Origin: Paragordius varius
Taxonomy: Eukaryota > Animalia > Nematomorpha
Assembly: GCA_964247055.1 (NCBI GenBank)
Contig: OZ176050.1
Location: forward strand, 11,036,001-11,100,000
Direction of reading: 5' to 3'
DNA: 64,000 nt
Both the position numbers and the translations under genes were made by a program. A model generated the notes under the pieces. The model was given only the letters and a program-made list of their open reading frames with translations, was not told the origin of the DNA and did no database searches. Shown here piece after piece: positions 1-12,815 of this stretch. How positions within the stretch are numbered: the first letter of the stretch is position 1; the number at the start of each line of letters is the position of its first letter.

Positions 1-86
1 TGAGAGTAACACAGGATCGCCTAAAATGGAGAACACTAATCTATGAGAAAGCCAGAGTCAGTATACTAGCTTATAACAACACACAT
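1..86 (+). mobile_element. 3' end of an RTE-clade LINE (truncated by the window start)
   Basis: Translates as ..RVTQDRLKWRTLIYEKARV (RTE C-terminal 'QDR..WR' motif) and is followed by a CAACACACA short-repeat tail. Confidence 0.6.
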
Positions 87-318
87 CCATAACATACATT
101 TTGCCGGTTGAATTAGCGATTTTAAAAAAATATTGAAAAAATGGCGGCCAAAAAGTTTGAGATGAGGATTATTTTATTTTAAATTTTTATAAAAAAATTA
201 ACAATTTTTTTTTTCATGAGATGCTTAACCAGCGAATTTATTATTTGGCGACGACCTAGTTTTTGGAATATTTAGAGATAATCGAAATTGGGCAAAAAGT
301 GAAAACTAAGTATATTTA

Positions 319-3300
319 GGTTTATTTTTTCATGCATGAAACCATGTGATTGAAAGCGGCAAGATATTCAAGATAGTATTATTTTATTATATACTATAAA
401 TATATTTAAAAATATGTTTCCTTTTAGTAATTATTAATCTTTTTCTTTGTTTAGTAGAGTTTTTATTTTATTTGTATGCTAAGTATGTAATTTAAAGAGT
501 AACATAATTCTTAAGTCATCAAAAATCATTGTTATACAGATCTCTTTTTTTTTCTCTACTCCTTGGTGCCTAACTATTTTATTTTTACTAGCCTAGCCAT
601 AATTTCTTTATATTTTTCTTTTATGATTGCCAGACAGAGTAAAATATCAATATTTATAATTTATCCAAATTAACAACATTTATAAAGATTACTCTTTAAT
701 TTTAATTATTCTAGATATTTATTTTTTGTAAAGAGGGTAAGTGAGAGGGAAAGCAATGGCAAACCACCCTCGTTTATTACTGCCAAAAAATAGTTTTACT
801 ATATGAACTTAACAAGACTTTTCAAAGTTGGATGCTGGAACGTACGTTCCTTAACATCAACCAAACAGGTGATAATTGAAAAGGAAATGGAAAGATTGAA
901 CATAGATATACTGGGTCTAACGGAAACCAAGCAAAAAGGTAGCGCGAAAGTACAAAACGAAAATTATACATTGTTAAGATCGGGGAGAGATGACCAGAAA
1001 TCTGAAGGCGTTGCAGTATTAATAAAAAACAAATTAAATAAAAGTCTCATTAGTTATACACCATATACACCCACAATCATGAGTATTAGGCTGAATGCCA
1101 AGCCACTTAAATTTACATACATAGTAGTCTATGCTCCTACGTCAAACGCTCCCAAAGAAGACATAGAGGACTTTTATGCAACGTTGCAAATAGTTTTGGA
1201 TGAACGAAGAAAGGAGATATGATTATCATAGGAGGGGATTGGAACACCAAAGTTGGTAGAGGTAGAGTAGATCAAATAGTTGGGCCATATGGATTGGGAG
1301 AACGAAACGAGGCCGGGGAAGCACTGATCAATTTTTGTCAAGAAAATGAGATGATGATAACCAACACATGGTTTCCACAACACAATATGAGGTTATACAC
1401 ATGGACCTCTCCATGTGGTAAATATAAGAATCAAATTGATTACATAATATGTCCTCAAAAATGGAAAAGCTCTATAATCGATACCAAAACAAGCAAAAGC
1501 AGCGATTGCTCTAGCGATCATGAGCTTCTAATAACCAAAATCAAACTTAAAATAATTAAAAATAAGGTTAAACAGATATACAGATATGACACTCGGAACA
1601 TTCCAAATAGTTTTAGAACAGAAACCAAAGATAGATTAGGAAGATTGGACAATGGATGTAGCTCAGAACAATTATGGGGAACGATAAAAAATGTTGTTAA
1701 TGAAGTGGCAAAAGAAAAAGTGCAGAGAGTAAAGAGGAAAGATATCAAATGGATATCAGAAAAGAGTATAGAGATAGCAGAAAAGAGGAGAAAAGCTAAA
1801 TCAAGAAGTGATAATAAAATGGTAAAATTATATAACAAAGAATTTCAACGACAAACAAGGAAGGATTATGAAGATTTTCTTAATAAACAATGTCTGGAAG
1901 TGGAATTAAATAACAAAAAAGGATTAATGCAACCAATGTTCCAGAAACTGAAGCAAATGACTCATAAACCTTTTATATCATCACAAAAGATTAAAAAAGA
2001 GAATGGCACCATATTGTGCAAACAAACAGAAGTACGAGAAAGATGGAAGGAATACACCCAAAAACTCTATCAGGCTCCTCAAGCAAAGGTGTTGCAATTA
2101 AAAGAAGAAGAACGTGATCCAGATATATTAAGAGAGGAGGTTGAATTAGCCTTAAAACAAATTCCTAACAACAAGCGATGGGATTAGACAATATCCCAAT
2201 AGAGTTCATAAAAGCTATTCCCGTTGAAAAGTTACACCAGTTATGTCAAAAGGTGTGGGAAACATGTGAGTGGCCAAACGATTGGGCATCATCTGTATAT
2301 CTCCCAATATATAAAAAAGGAGATGTACTCCAATGCGAGAATTATCGAAACATATCTCTTATTAGCCACGCTAGTAAGGTCTTACTAAAAGTAATACAAA
2401 ACAGAATGCACAGTATCATACAGACAGAAATACCAGAAAATCAAGCCGGATTTATGAAGGGAAAAAGCACAAGAGACCATATCTCAAACATGAGAAGGAT
2501 AATGGAAACATCAAAAGAGTTCCAGAAAGAATTATACATGTGTTTTATTGATTACAGACAAGCATTCGATTCAATTAACTATGACTCCTTGTGGGAAACA
2601 TTAAAGTTAGTAGGGGTATCGTCTCACTTAATAAGATTGATTAGCTCTCTGTATGTAAAACAAAGAGCGATTATTAGAACACCAGCGGGGGACACAGACG
2701 AAATACCAATCTTGAAAGGAGTCAGACAAGGGTGTTGCTTATCCCCTTATCTGTTCAATATGTGCACAGAAATGATAATGAGGAAGTTGGATGGCAAAAA
2801 TATTGGAGTAAGAATAGGAGGGAGAACAATCAATAATTTAAGGTTTGCAGACGATACCACTCTTATAGCTGAAAGTGCAAATGATTTGAAGGAATTGATT
2901 GAAGAGATTCGAAAGGAAAGTTTGAGGTATGGTCTTAGGCTTAATCCTAACAAAACCAAAATATTATGTACAGGAAAAAAGCCTACAATTATAATAGAAG
3001 GAGTAGAAATAGAAATAGTTAAACAGTTAACGTTTTTGGGCGCAATAATTTCAGAGGATGGGTCTTCTACTCCTGACATCAGAAAGAGAATAGGATTGGG
3101 TAGAGAAGCGATGACCAAATTAATAAAGATTTGGAAAAACAAAAGCGTAGGAGTTGAAACCAAAAAAAGATTACTCTACTGTTTCGTTCTCCCGGTCACC
3201 ACATATGGATGTGAGAGTTGGACTCTCAGAAAAAAGGACAAAGAAAGGCTCATGGCTTTTGAAAGGAGTTGCTGGCGTAGGATGCTAGGATACACCTGGA

Positions 3301-3620
3301 AGGATAAAATTAAGAATGAAAATCTAAATACAGAAATAAAACCTAAAACAAACATCATGGAGATAATTCTAAAAAGAAGGTTAACATATTTTGGTCATGT
3401 CATGCGATCGAATTCTCTGGAGAAAGATACAATGTTTGGGAAGGTAGAAGGGCAAAGGAAACGAGTCCGACCACCGATGAAGTGGTTGGATATGATAAAA
3501 GAAGAGACCAAAATGACACTGAAAGAGCTCAATATAGCGGTTAAAGATAGAAAAAAATGGAAAGAAATAGATAAAACTATATCCAAAAAGTCGTTTACGA
3601 CTTAGGAAAAACCAACCAAC
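319..3620 (+). mobile_element. Near-intact RTE/BovB-like non-LTR retrotransposon
   Basis: Bounded by an 11-bp target-site duplication AAGTATATTTA (308-318 and 3621-3631). Has a 3' hairpin AAGTCGT-TT-ACGACTT, an (AACC)n tail, and one EN-RT coding region. Confidence 0.92.
803..3605 (+). pseudogene. AP-endonuclease/reverse transcriptase ORF of the RTE element, broken by two -1 frameshifts
   Basis: EN motifs VGCWNVRSL, DILGLTET, VYAPTS, GGDWNTKVG, NQIDYI, SDHELL. RT motifs ENYRNISLISHASK, QAGF, FIDYRQAFD, GVRQGCCLSP, LRFADD. ORFs 803-1222, 1219-2187 and 2178-3605 join if one base is restored near 1213 and near 2173. Confidence 0.9.
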
Positions 3621-6400
3621 CAAGTATATTTAATATAATTAAAAAAATGATAAAACTTTAGGTATTATGGTTTTTTATCATTTTAGGGTATATTCTCTAT
3701 ATATAAATAGCCTAAAATCATATAGTTAGAATTTTTATTAAAATCAGATCAAAAAATCGCGTTCTTCTTTTAACATACTAAAAAAGACAATTTTTTTTAA
3801 ACTATATTAAAGCATTTTTTATTTCCTAGCTAAACTCACTCTTAAAAATCTTAAAATTTATATTTTATATAGTAAAAAACTTATATATCAGAATCAAACT
3901 AAAAAAATATTGTATTGAATTTTTTTCATTTTTTGTCATCTGGTTTATGGGGTATATATCTGCTGTTTTATTATGAAATCTTACACAAACGGGGATAATT
4001 AAGTATACATTAATTAAGACAAAATGAGATTTACAAGTAGTGGAAAACCAAACAAAAATCCGTATATATTCCAGTATAAATATAATTTGTGTTAAACAAA
4101 CGTGTTACATGAGTGTGTGCGGATTGTTGGTTATTCTACTACTTGTAAATCTTATTTTGTACTAATTTATTTACTTTATAATTCCCGCTCATGTAAGATT
4201 TAATAAAACAGTAAGTTTTTAAAGACTCATAAGCCAGATTGACAAAAAATGAAAAATAATAAACAATATTTTTTGGTTTTATTTTGATATATAAGTTTTT
4301 TTACTGAATCAAATATGAATGTTAAGATTTTAATATTGGTTTAGCTAGTAAATAATCAAGAAAATATAATATTGTTCCATAAAAATTTTTTTGTCTTTTA
4401 AGTATGATAAAAGAAAAACGTGATTTTTTTAACTGAGCTTGTATCCAAACCCTAAGTATATAATTTTAGATATTGTAAATATCTGCTAAAATGGTAATAA
4501 ATCTTAATAAATCAAGTTTTATTAATTTTTAAATTATCCCCAATTGTGCATAATTCTTTTTGCCCAAATCCGATTTTCTCTCAATTCAAAAACTAGGTCG
4601 CAAACAAATATAATTTTTTCGACAAATAAATTGCTCGTCATAAGCCATCTCATAAAAAAATTTGTTAAAATCTTTTTGAACACAGTATATTTATATAAAA
4701 TACTTGAAATAGTCTAAATTCATAGGCAGCACATCACCGGTCGTAACATTTATTTGACATTGATTCTATGTAAAATATAAATATTAAGATCACACTTGGC
4801 TAGTCTATTATAGCCTTAGTACACTATTTATTTATTATTTAGTATTTTACAATTGAATAAGTTTAGACTGGTAGTTTTTATTAAATATTGTAAGATAGCT
4901 TTTAGAACAAAAAGGTTATTATTGACTAATAATTGTAAAAAGTAAATATAACTACAAAATATTGTTTTTTGTTTTATAAGTTATCAGGCAATAATTTATA
5001 AAAAAAACTCGCAATGTTACTTATACTTTAAATCAAAATTTCAACATGCACACAAGATTCTCCTCTGACAGCCAATTTTTTTTCACCTTGTTTTAATGTA
5101 TAAATCTAAAAGAAGCTTAACACATTAACTTTGAAATTTTCTTTATTACATTTTAGGGTGTTTTTCAGGGCTTAGATTTGTAATAAAAATTAAATATTAA
5201 AATGTTTGACTAAAATAATATTTAACATTAAATTTATGCATTAAACTATAAAATTTTAGTTTACAATTCGTAATTTTGACATTGTGAAATATCCAAAACG
5301 AACAACTTATTTAAAAAATAAATGAGCATGATCAGATAAATTCCAAATGAATTTTAATCATATAAGATTTAAAATCGGTATTTTTACTGCTTTAAAAAAA
5401 ACTTGGCGGCAAAAAGTTTGAAATGATATTGATTTACAATAAAATATAATTTAAATTAGTGCGTCTAAAAAACTATAGAATTCATTATTGACCTATTATC
5501 ATATATTTTTTTCAGATGTTAATTTTATCACTATGGTAGAAAATCTCAAAAGGGTGAAATGATAACTATCCTTTTTTAAATTCTATATTAATTTTTATGA
5601 TAATATCATATAAAACGTATGCGATATTGCTATTAATACTACGCTCAAAATTTAAATTTTATTTAGGGTTTTTTGAAATCCTATTAGGCCAATATTCAAA
5701 TTTGAATAAAACGTATATTGACCATATATAACCTTTTGGATTCAATGGCCCACCGAGGTATTTTTTGATTACAAAACCCTATTAATAATTTTTTAAAAGC
5801 TAAATCAAACATTTTATTTGGAATTAGGTAAACACTAAACCAAGAGAATCAAATAATTTTTGGTTTATTTTAGTTAACTATAGATTTATAGAGAGGATAA
5901 ACATACGAAAACCATTTTTACCCAAATTTAATGGTAGGGAGGAAACAATTTGGAATATTTTTTAAATTAATTCGATTTTTTACCTGTACAGCCTTTATAA
6001 CAAACAGTTTGATCATTGCTGTATGTATACTACTCGGATAAATATTCTTTATATACTAAAGTTGATATATATTAATATTATAGAAAAATTTAATGTAATA
6101 TATTTAATTATATATATAAAATATAGTGCCAAATTTAGGGTCAATAATGTAGTTTTTTATTTTGTTTTTTCACGATAAGGATCCGAAAAAAATCGGGGAC
6201 TACGTGGCCTTTAAGAAAAATATACCCAAAAAACAGATCAGCAGACAGCTTTTTATGAATCAAAATGGAAACTTTACTTGAAAGAATAGAAAAATACATA
6301 AATTTATAAAGTTGTGTTTAAATAGCTAAAAAACTAAAGCGTCTAAAAATCAAAATTTATTTTTTAAGCAGAATTTCATGTGAGATATTAAGACAAGCGT

Positions 6401-6439
6401 CGTATTGATGAAGGCTCATAAGCCCGAAACTAGTATACG
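6401..6439 (+). ncRNA. Minimal type I hammerhead ribozyme-like motif (Penelope-type architecture), possibly decayed
   Basis: CGTA-TTGATGA-AGGCT-CATA-AGCCC-GAAA-C-TA-GT-A-TACG. Stem I CGTA/TACG, stem II GGCT/AGCC, palindromic mini stem III ACTAGT. Deviates at C3 (T) and at pair 10.1-11.1 (A.C). Confidence 0.5.
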
Positions 6440-8226
6440 TTTATTCTTCATAAAAGATATTCACATATCATTTAATTCATAATTAATTAAATTTTTAATC
6501 GCCATGTATAGATATTAATATTATATAACGTGCATATATTAAAACTATTTTACAATATTTTATATGGAAGTAATAAATTGTGGAAGTAACCTAAGTATAA
6601 GTTTTGTCCAAAAACGGTTAGTTGGTCACTAACTACTAATGTTTTCTACTAATAACATATTCTTTTTAATTAATATAATATATAAAGCTTATTTTCGTTT
6701 AATGAAATATTTTGATATTTTGTAATCACTCAAAATATATATATTTTTATGCTCATCTGATGAACAGAACGGGTTAATGACTGTTTGTAATAAAATAGGT
6801 ATGGAGAGAGTGTCTCAAAATTAGTATTTTATTAAATATATCACTTTTTAATACTTTATAACCATTTTATGAATTTTATGAAATACTTTTGATTATCAAA
6901 GAATATAATTTTTGCATTTTAGGCGTTGAAACACAAGCTTATAAATTATGTAGTTTAATATTATCTGATGATTTGCAAAGTTTTAAGCATTGTGATATTT
7001 AAATAATAATTTTCTAATATTTTTTTTGATAAAACTGTTAAAAAATTTTTTCATGCGATTTAAGCCAAAATTCGGATTCAAAAAGCCAATAAGTTTCTCT
7101 ATTCAAAAAAACGAAAAAAAGCTACAATATTTTCCTAAATTTGGATAATATATAATATATATATAGTACTGTGTCCAAAATCGGAGCGTGATAAATATTC
7201 AAATAAAAAATATACATTATGGCAGAAAATGCTGGATTCTCAAGGTGGTTTCAGTTTTGGCGCTTAGCATTTTATATATTAATTGTTTAACATCAAAAAC
7301 AGTATGCTAAATAAATCATTTGGTACATGGTAAATACTTAAAAATATTTTCCTTTATAAATATTGAAAGCTAAATGTTTATATTATTAGTTTTGAACCGA
7401 TATACTTATTTTAGACCCGTTTAGATATCCTAGCCTACCAAAAATCCCGTAGCTAGCCAAAATATGTTGTTTTATCACATAAAACTAAAAAATTGGTTGA
7501 AGACTATTTTAAAGCATCCATAGCAATATGAAAAAACGGATATAAAATATTAGACACTTCCTCTAGATATTCCGATAAAAAGTTTTATATTGCCACAAAA
7601 TTTTGATGAAATCTTGTTCTCATTAAAGTTTATTTAATTTTTAAAAGCGTAATATACATATGATATAGATTTGTTTTTAAAATGGGTGTAAAATCAAAAT
7701 TTATAAGAAATAAAATTTTTAGTGGCATCGAATTATGTAGAAAAAGCGTTTTGATAATTTTTATAACGCTTTTAATATAGACCTATTACGGTTACACCAA
7801 AGTTTATTAAAAATCAAAGTCAGCTCTGTTCAATAAAAAATTAAATAAATTGGTTTATATTAAAACATTTATCACTGCGGGTGATATGCGTTTATATATA
7901 GGACATTCATCTAAGCGGCTTTTAAAAGGGCTTTTGAGCTCCTATAGTTATATAAGCACATTTAGCTTTTTAATTTTATATTTTGATATATTTATATATT
8001 AACAATTTTGGATTAAAGCATTTGCCCAACAAAAAAATTATTTGGAATAATGTGCACTAAATTAATTTTTTGATTGATATCATAAAAGTTGATATACTTT
8101 GATAAGTTACTCCTAAGCCCCAAAACTTAAACTACCATCAGTGTCCTGAAAATATTTCTGCCAAAATATTTAATTAGGATATTTTATAGTGTTTATGCAT
8201 ACAAATATGGTTTTGATGATCTAATT

Positions 8227-8643
8227 CAGGAATGTCCAACACAAATGGCTTTGCGGGTCGTATTTTCAGTTCGAATTATTCGGCGCGCCGCATTAAATAA
8301 AATTTAGATGAACATTTTTAATTATATTATTTTATTTGATTCATGGGGCTGTAAAAAGAATTTACCTTCACGATATATCTACTATTTTTTTTATTTTTGT
8401 TTATTTCATTGGAAAAATTTGGAAAGATATATGCAGATTTGCCTACAGTATTAAAAATTAAGTATATAATTAAAAATATGATCCGACTTACCTTTACGGT
8501 TATCCAAAAATGATTGATAAGTTATTTATAAAATTTTAATACTAATAAAACATTGTTTAAATATTATGGTTGTATTTATTTGATTTTATTTTCAAATTTT
8601 TTGCGTGCTGTAAAAATTCGGAGGACCGCGTTGGACATTTCTG
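8227..8643. mobile_element. Non-autonomous hAT element
   Basis: TIRs CAGGAATGTCCAAC / GTTGGACATTTCTG, with an 8-bp TSD ATCTAATT / TTCTAATT. Confidence 0.75.
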
Positions 8644-9239
8644 TTCTAATTAAAAATTATGGCTCTCTGAGGGCCGATTGTTAAATAATTTTCATTACAT
8701 TTTATCTACGTAAAGAAAGATCATCTTGACCGCAAAAAAATAATTTTCTTATAGATTATTTCAAAAAAAGCTCATCTATGTATCGGATGAAAGAGAGCGA
8801 GAGACAGTTTTAAATATTGGTAATATAAAAATCTTAATAGCAATAAAAACGCATCTTTATAGCATTTGTTTTAATACTTTGATTGCATATTTGTAGGTGA
8901 GATAATCCATTTCGTTTTCAGCTATATTCTATATATGAATAGATTTTAATTTTGCATCTAATTTAGCATCATAAAAAAATAATTTAATCTATTAAAGTGT
9001 GTGAACTAAATTAATTAAAACATAATAATTTAAAATTTTACTCTCAAATCTAGGTCGTCTAAAATAAATATGAAAATTATTAATATATAATAATATTCAA
9101 AAACGGTGATCAGCTAAGAGGCGTAGAGGGGGATTAATGCACCGGACGACATAAGGGGCACCGGATTTCAAAAAAAATAAGTTTTATACTAAAAAATAGG
9201 TATTTTAATTTGAATAATATATAAAATAAGAACCCTTTT

Positions 9240-9510
9240 ATGAGTACGGTGGTTGTTGAATATTTTTTAAAATGCTGGGGGTTGCAGGGAGGAGACATTT
9301 TTTAATAAATCTAACCTGTTTTGAGAAATTTAAATTTGAGACTTTCTTGGCACATCTGAAAATTAAAATTTTATGAACTAAAATTAGTTTTATTAATGAT
9401 TTTTTCGGTGAAGCATTTGGCTTTCGCCAAAAAATTATGTACGATAATATGCCTAAATTTTGAGATTTTTTGATACGAAGCAGACAAAAGTGGTAACAAC
9501 TTTCTTGAAT
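9240..9510 (-). pseudogene. Degenerate hAT transposase C-terminal (dimerisation-like) fragment
   Basis: Minus-strand translation ..VRFIKKCLLPATPSILKNIQQ resembles the hAT 'A.KYL.IPATS..ER.FS' motif; heavily decayed. Confidence 0.35.
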
Positions 9511-12500
9511 CATTTACAAGCCTAAAACACGAAGCACCATAGTTATTTTAATGCGAAAAACATATATATATGCCATCAAAATACTTTTTTTGTGCACTGT
9601 CTTATGTAGCCTGCTAAATTTAATGTCGAATATGTGTGGCTTTCTAATTTTTAATTTTTGGAAAGTAAAATCACCAGAACGTTGCATATAAGTTAAAAAA
9701 AGATAGTCATCAGCATTTTTTAAACAATGGTCTATTTCTATATAAATTTTGATTAGGCATTAATATAAAAGCGTACAAATCGCTAATAGTAAAATATTCA
9801 AACTTTTATGCTTTTAGGTGTCGCTACATTTATAAAGTAAATCTTCAAAAATGCTAAAATCCAATTTTCTCAATTCATATAATTTGTTAGAAGTCTTTTC
9901 AAAATGTATTTGATTAAGTACCGAACGAACTAATTTTTGCAAGAAGGCTTATAATTTGTATAAAACATGTGATTTACCCGGTCTGTACCAAAAGAGAAAC
10001 AAAATAAAAACTACTCGAATTTTTTTAAATGTGAAAGTAAGCTATGTTTGTTATAACTATAATTATTTAATAATAAAGCATATATTTTTTATTTCCGTCT
10101 CAAGTCCCTAATACGAATCATTTTAATTCAAAATCAAGTAGCTAGTGCACCTGTTTTTAGTCAAAAACGATACTAGTTAAAATTATATTTTCCAATAAAC
10201 CAATTTTTTAATTGTTCAATTTTATTTAAATAAATTGATTTTTGCAGTGGGCTTTGGATCAAAAATGTTGAAGTTTAAACAATCTTTATATATCTTGCTA
10301 TTTATTAATTTGCCAAGATTTTGCCATATTAGATTTATAGTTAAAATTACATATAAAATCTTTAATCTGATTCCTTATCAGTTGAGTTCTTTTTTTATAT
10401 GCAATGTTCAGTGCCATATATTTTTATATTCTGAAAGCTGGTGGGTACCACTATCCAAAAAAATTAGATAAAGAGCGTTACTCTAAATTTAGCACTATGA
10501 AATTAATTTGTGGAGAACTCTAACGAAAAGTATTGAAAAGAATTATAATTTGCTTACTAGAGTAATCTAACCAATATGGTAAAGTAAGCATCCCGATTCC
10601 GGCCATATTAATGAATCTAAAAAATTAATTGAAAAATAATTAGATATTATAATAGAAATTTAAAAAATTTATTATTTTATAAATATACCACCTTAGAATT
10701 ATTTAGTTAACTCCGTGTAGTTTATAAAATTTTTGTCATATTCAAATCAATAAATTAATGTCAGATAACAAGGATACAATAGTTGTTTTGGCGAAAATAT
10801 AGTAACTAACTTTGTAACAGGTTAATAGAAAACCAAATTTTAAAAACGAATAATTATTTTTGAAACTAATATGTCATTTTAAAAAGCTTAATAAACAATT
10901 TCACAGTAAAATAAAATGTTTTTGGAGTCACTCTTGGAGCCTTTTAATTTAAATAAACGTTTTATTTAACCACAATATGAAGTTTTTTTTATGAAAAAAA
11001 ATATTTAGCGGATAAATGCTTTTACTACTGTTAACTGCATTAAAAAATTTAATTTCATATTTATCTAAGTATTTGGTAACAATCATTCATAAATTAAAAA
11101 AAATGCGCGTTAGTACCTTATAAAAAATTTTTATATTCATAATATTTCGTTTTATTTAAAGTATATTATATATTCCGTATAATTTTTACTCCCCATTCAT
11201 CATTTGTAACTATGCGTAATTTTTGCATCTACATTAATATGTTTATTTATTTTTTGGTTTAATTATTTGGTTGGATTTTAGATATAATTTTTGAATACTC
11301 TGTATACTATTTTTTTCGATTGAATATTATTTTTTGACTGTATTTTGGGTTTTATCATTTTTTTTCATTTATTATGGGTTTTATGTGTGCAGGCCAGACG
11401 TGGCCAGTCGATGCACGGAGGTAGGGGCCAATAGGGAAAAAGGATGTTGCAGAGTGTGTTTTGCCAGTATAAATGTTGGTTCTTTAAGAAGTAAGCGGTA
11501 TGAATTAGTTGAAACTATAAGGGCAAAAAAAGTATATTTCTGGCGCATTCAGAAGATCAAACCATGGAAACTTACAAAGACGTTAGAGGGGACTATAAGT
11601 TCAAAAAATGGTTACAGTGGGGTCGCGATATTAGTGTGTCCAAGATTTTCCAATCGAGTAATTGAGGTCAAACGTGCTGACAGAATTATAAATATTGACA
11701 TATTGTTAGATAAGAGGGTTTTAACAATCCTAAGCCTTTATGCTCCTCAGATAGGGTTGAGTTGACTAAACTGGAAAAAGATAAATTTTATTGTTGGAGG
11801 GAGAAATGACTTTATTACCTAAAGACAGAGAAATTATATTCTGTGTTGATTTCAATGGGCATGTGGAAAAAATCGAAAAGGTTTTGAGCCTTGGCATGGC
11901 GGTAAAGGTTACGGCGGTAAAAAATAAATATAAGCTAGTTTATTTAAATTTGCTCAATCTTATAAATTAGTTATAACAAATACCTTTTTTTTACTAAAAG
12001 GGAGTCATTTAATTACCTACGAAAGTGGAAATAAGATTAAAGTATGTTGTGGACAGCAAAGTCACACCTAACTTGCAGATTAGTACACAGCATAATTTAA
12101 TTATGTGTAAATATATGACAGATACACCAATAAATGTTAAAAAGCTAAGATTATAGCGCAGAAGGTAATTAAAAGGTCCTAAAGAAATAAAGATTTACGG
12201 TAGGTAACCTAGGTAAATACAACGATCCAGAAAGAGTTTGGTCTATGGTGGCTAAACAATTAGAGAGGTGGGAGTTAAGGTGTGTGAAATAAAAGGTAGT
12301 AGAATTTAGGTGTATAGAGAGGCATGGCTGAAAGATGAAAGAAAAATTTTGAAATCGCAAGAGAAAAGTAAAGCTAAAATATTGAGTTACCCGAACAGAA
12401 GGCAAGGAAAAATACAAAAGGATTAATAAGAAAAAGGCTTATCAGAATGATCAAAAAAGTGTAAACAGAATTACGATATTAAGAGTTAAGTAAACAACTA

Positions 12501-12815
12501 AAAGTTTTTAAAATTCCTCGACAAAGACAGAGAATAAAGCTGTTGCCCTTATGCAACCGTTATTTAAGATGAAAACGGTAAATTCGCGTTGGTGGAAATT
12601 GTGGAAGAATTGGAAAGAATATTTCCAAGACTATTTGGGCATCAGCGAAACAAGTTTACCCGAAACATCAGATTATGCATCCGCGAACAAGTCCAGGTTA
12701 ATTTAGAAAAGATGTCTATTTATAAAGCTGCAGGCCCAGACGATTGTAACATAAACTGTCGGAAAATAATTTTAGAGAAAGGTATTCTAATTTAACGGTT
12801 ATTTTATTTAATGTA

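Larger units (their letters stand above)
190..4686. mobile_element. Fold-back MITE family A copy, split by the RTE insertion
   Basis: Left part 190-318 (CATGAGATGCTT..GGGCAAAAAGTGAAAA) and right part 3621-4686 match the family A copies at 40058 and 52596. The 3621-4686 part is internally palindromic around ~4085 and ends TTTTTGAACACAG|TA. Confidence 0.7.

Noticed and set aside
1174-3623. Minus-strand ORFs 1174-1383, 1518-1838, 2747-3163, 3176-3358, 3381-3623, 3395-3586
   Set aside because: Antisense shadows of the RTE coding region with no motifs of their own.
6757-6990. Other CTGATGA/CTGAAGA hammerhead cores (6757, 6965, 44592, 54451)
   Set aside because: No correctly placed stem II plus GAAA plus stems I/III; two lie within SLC12 coding exons.
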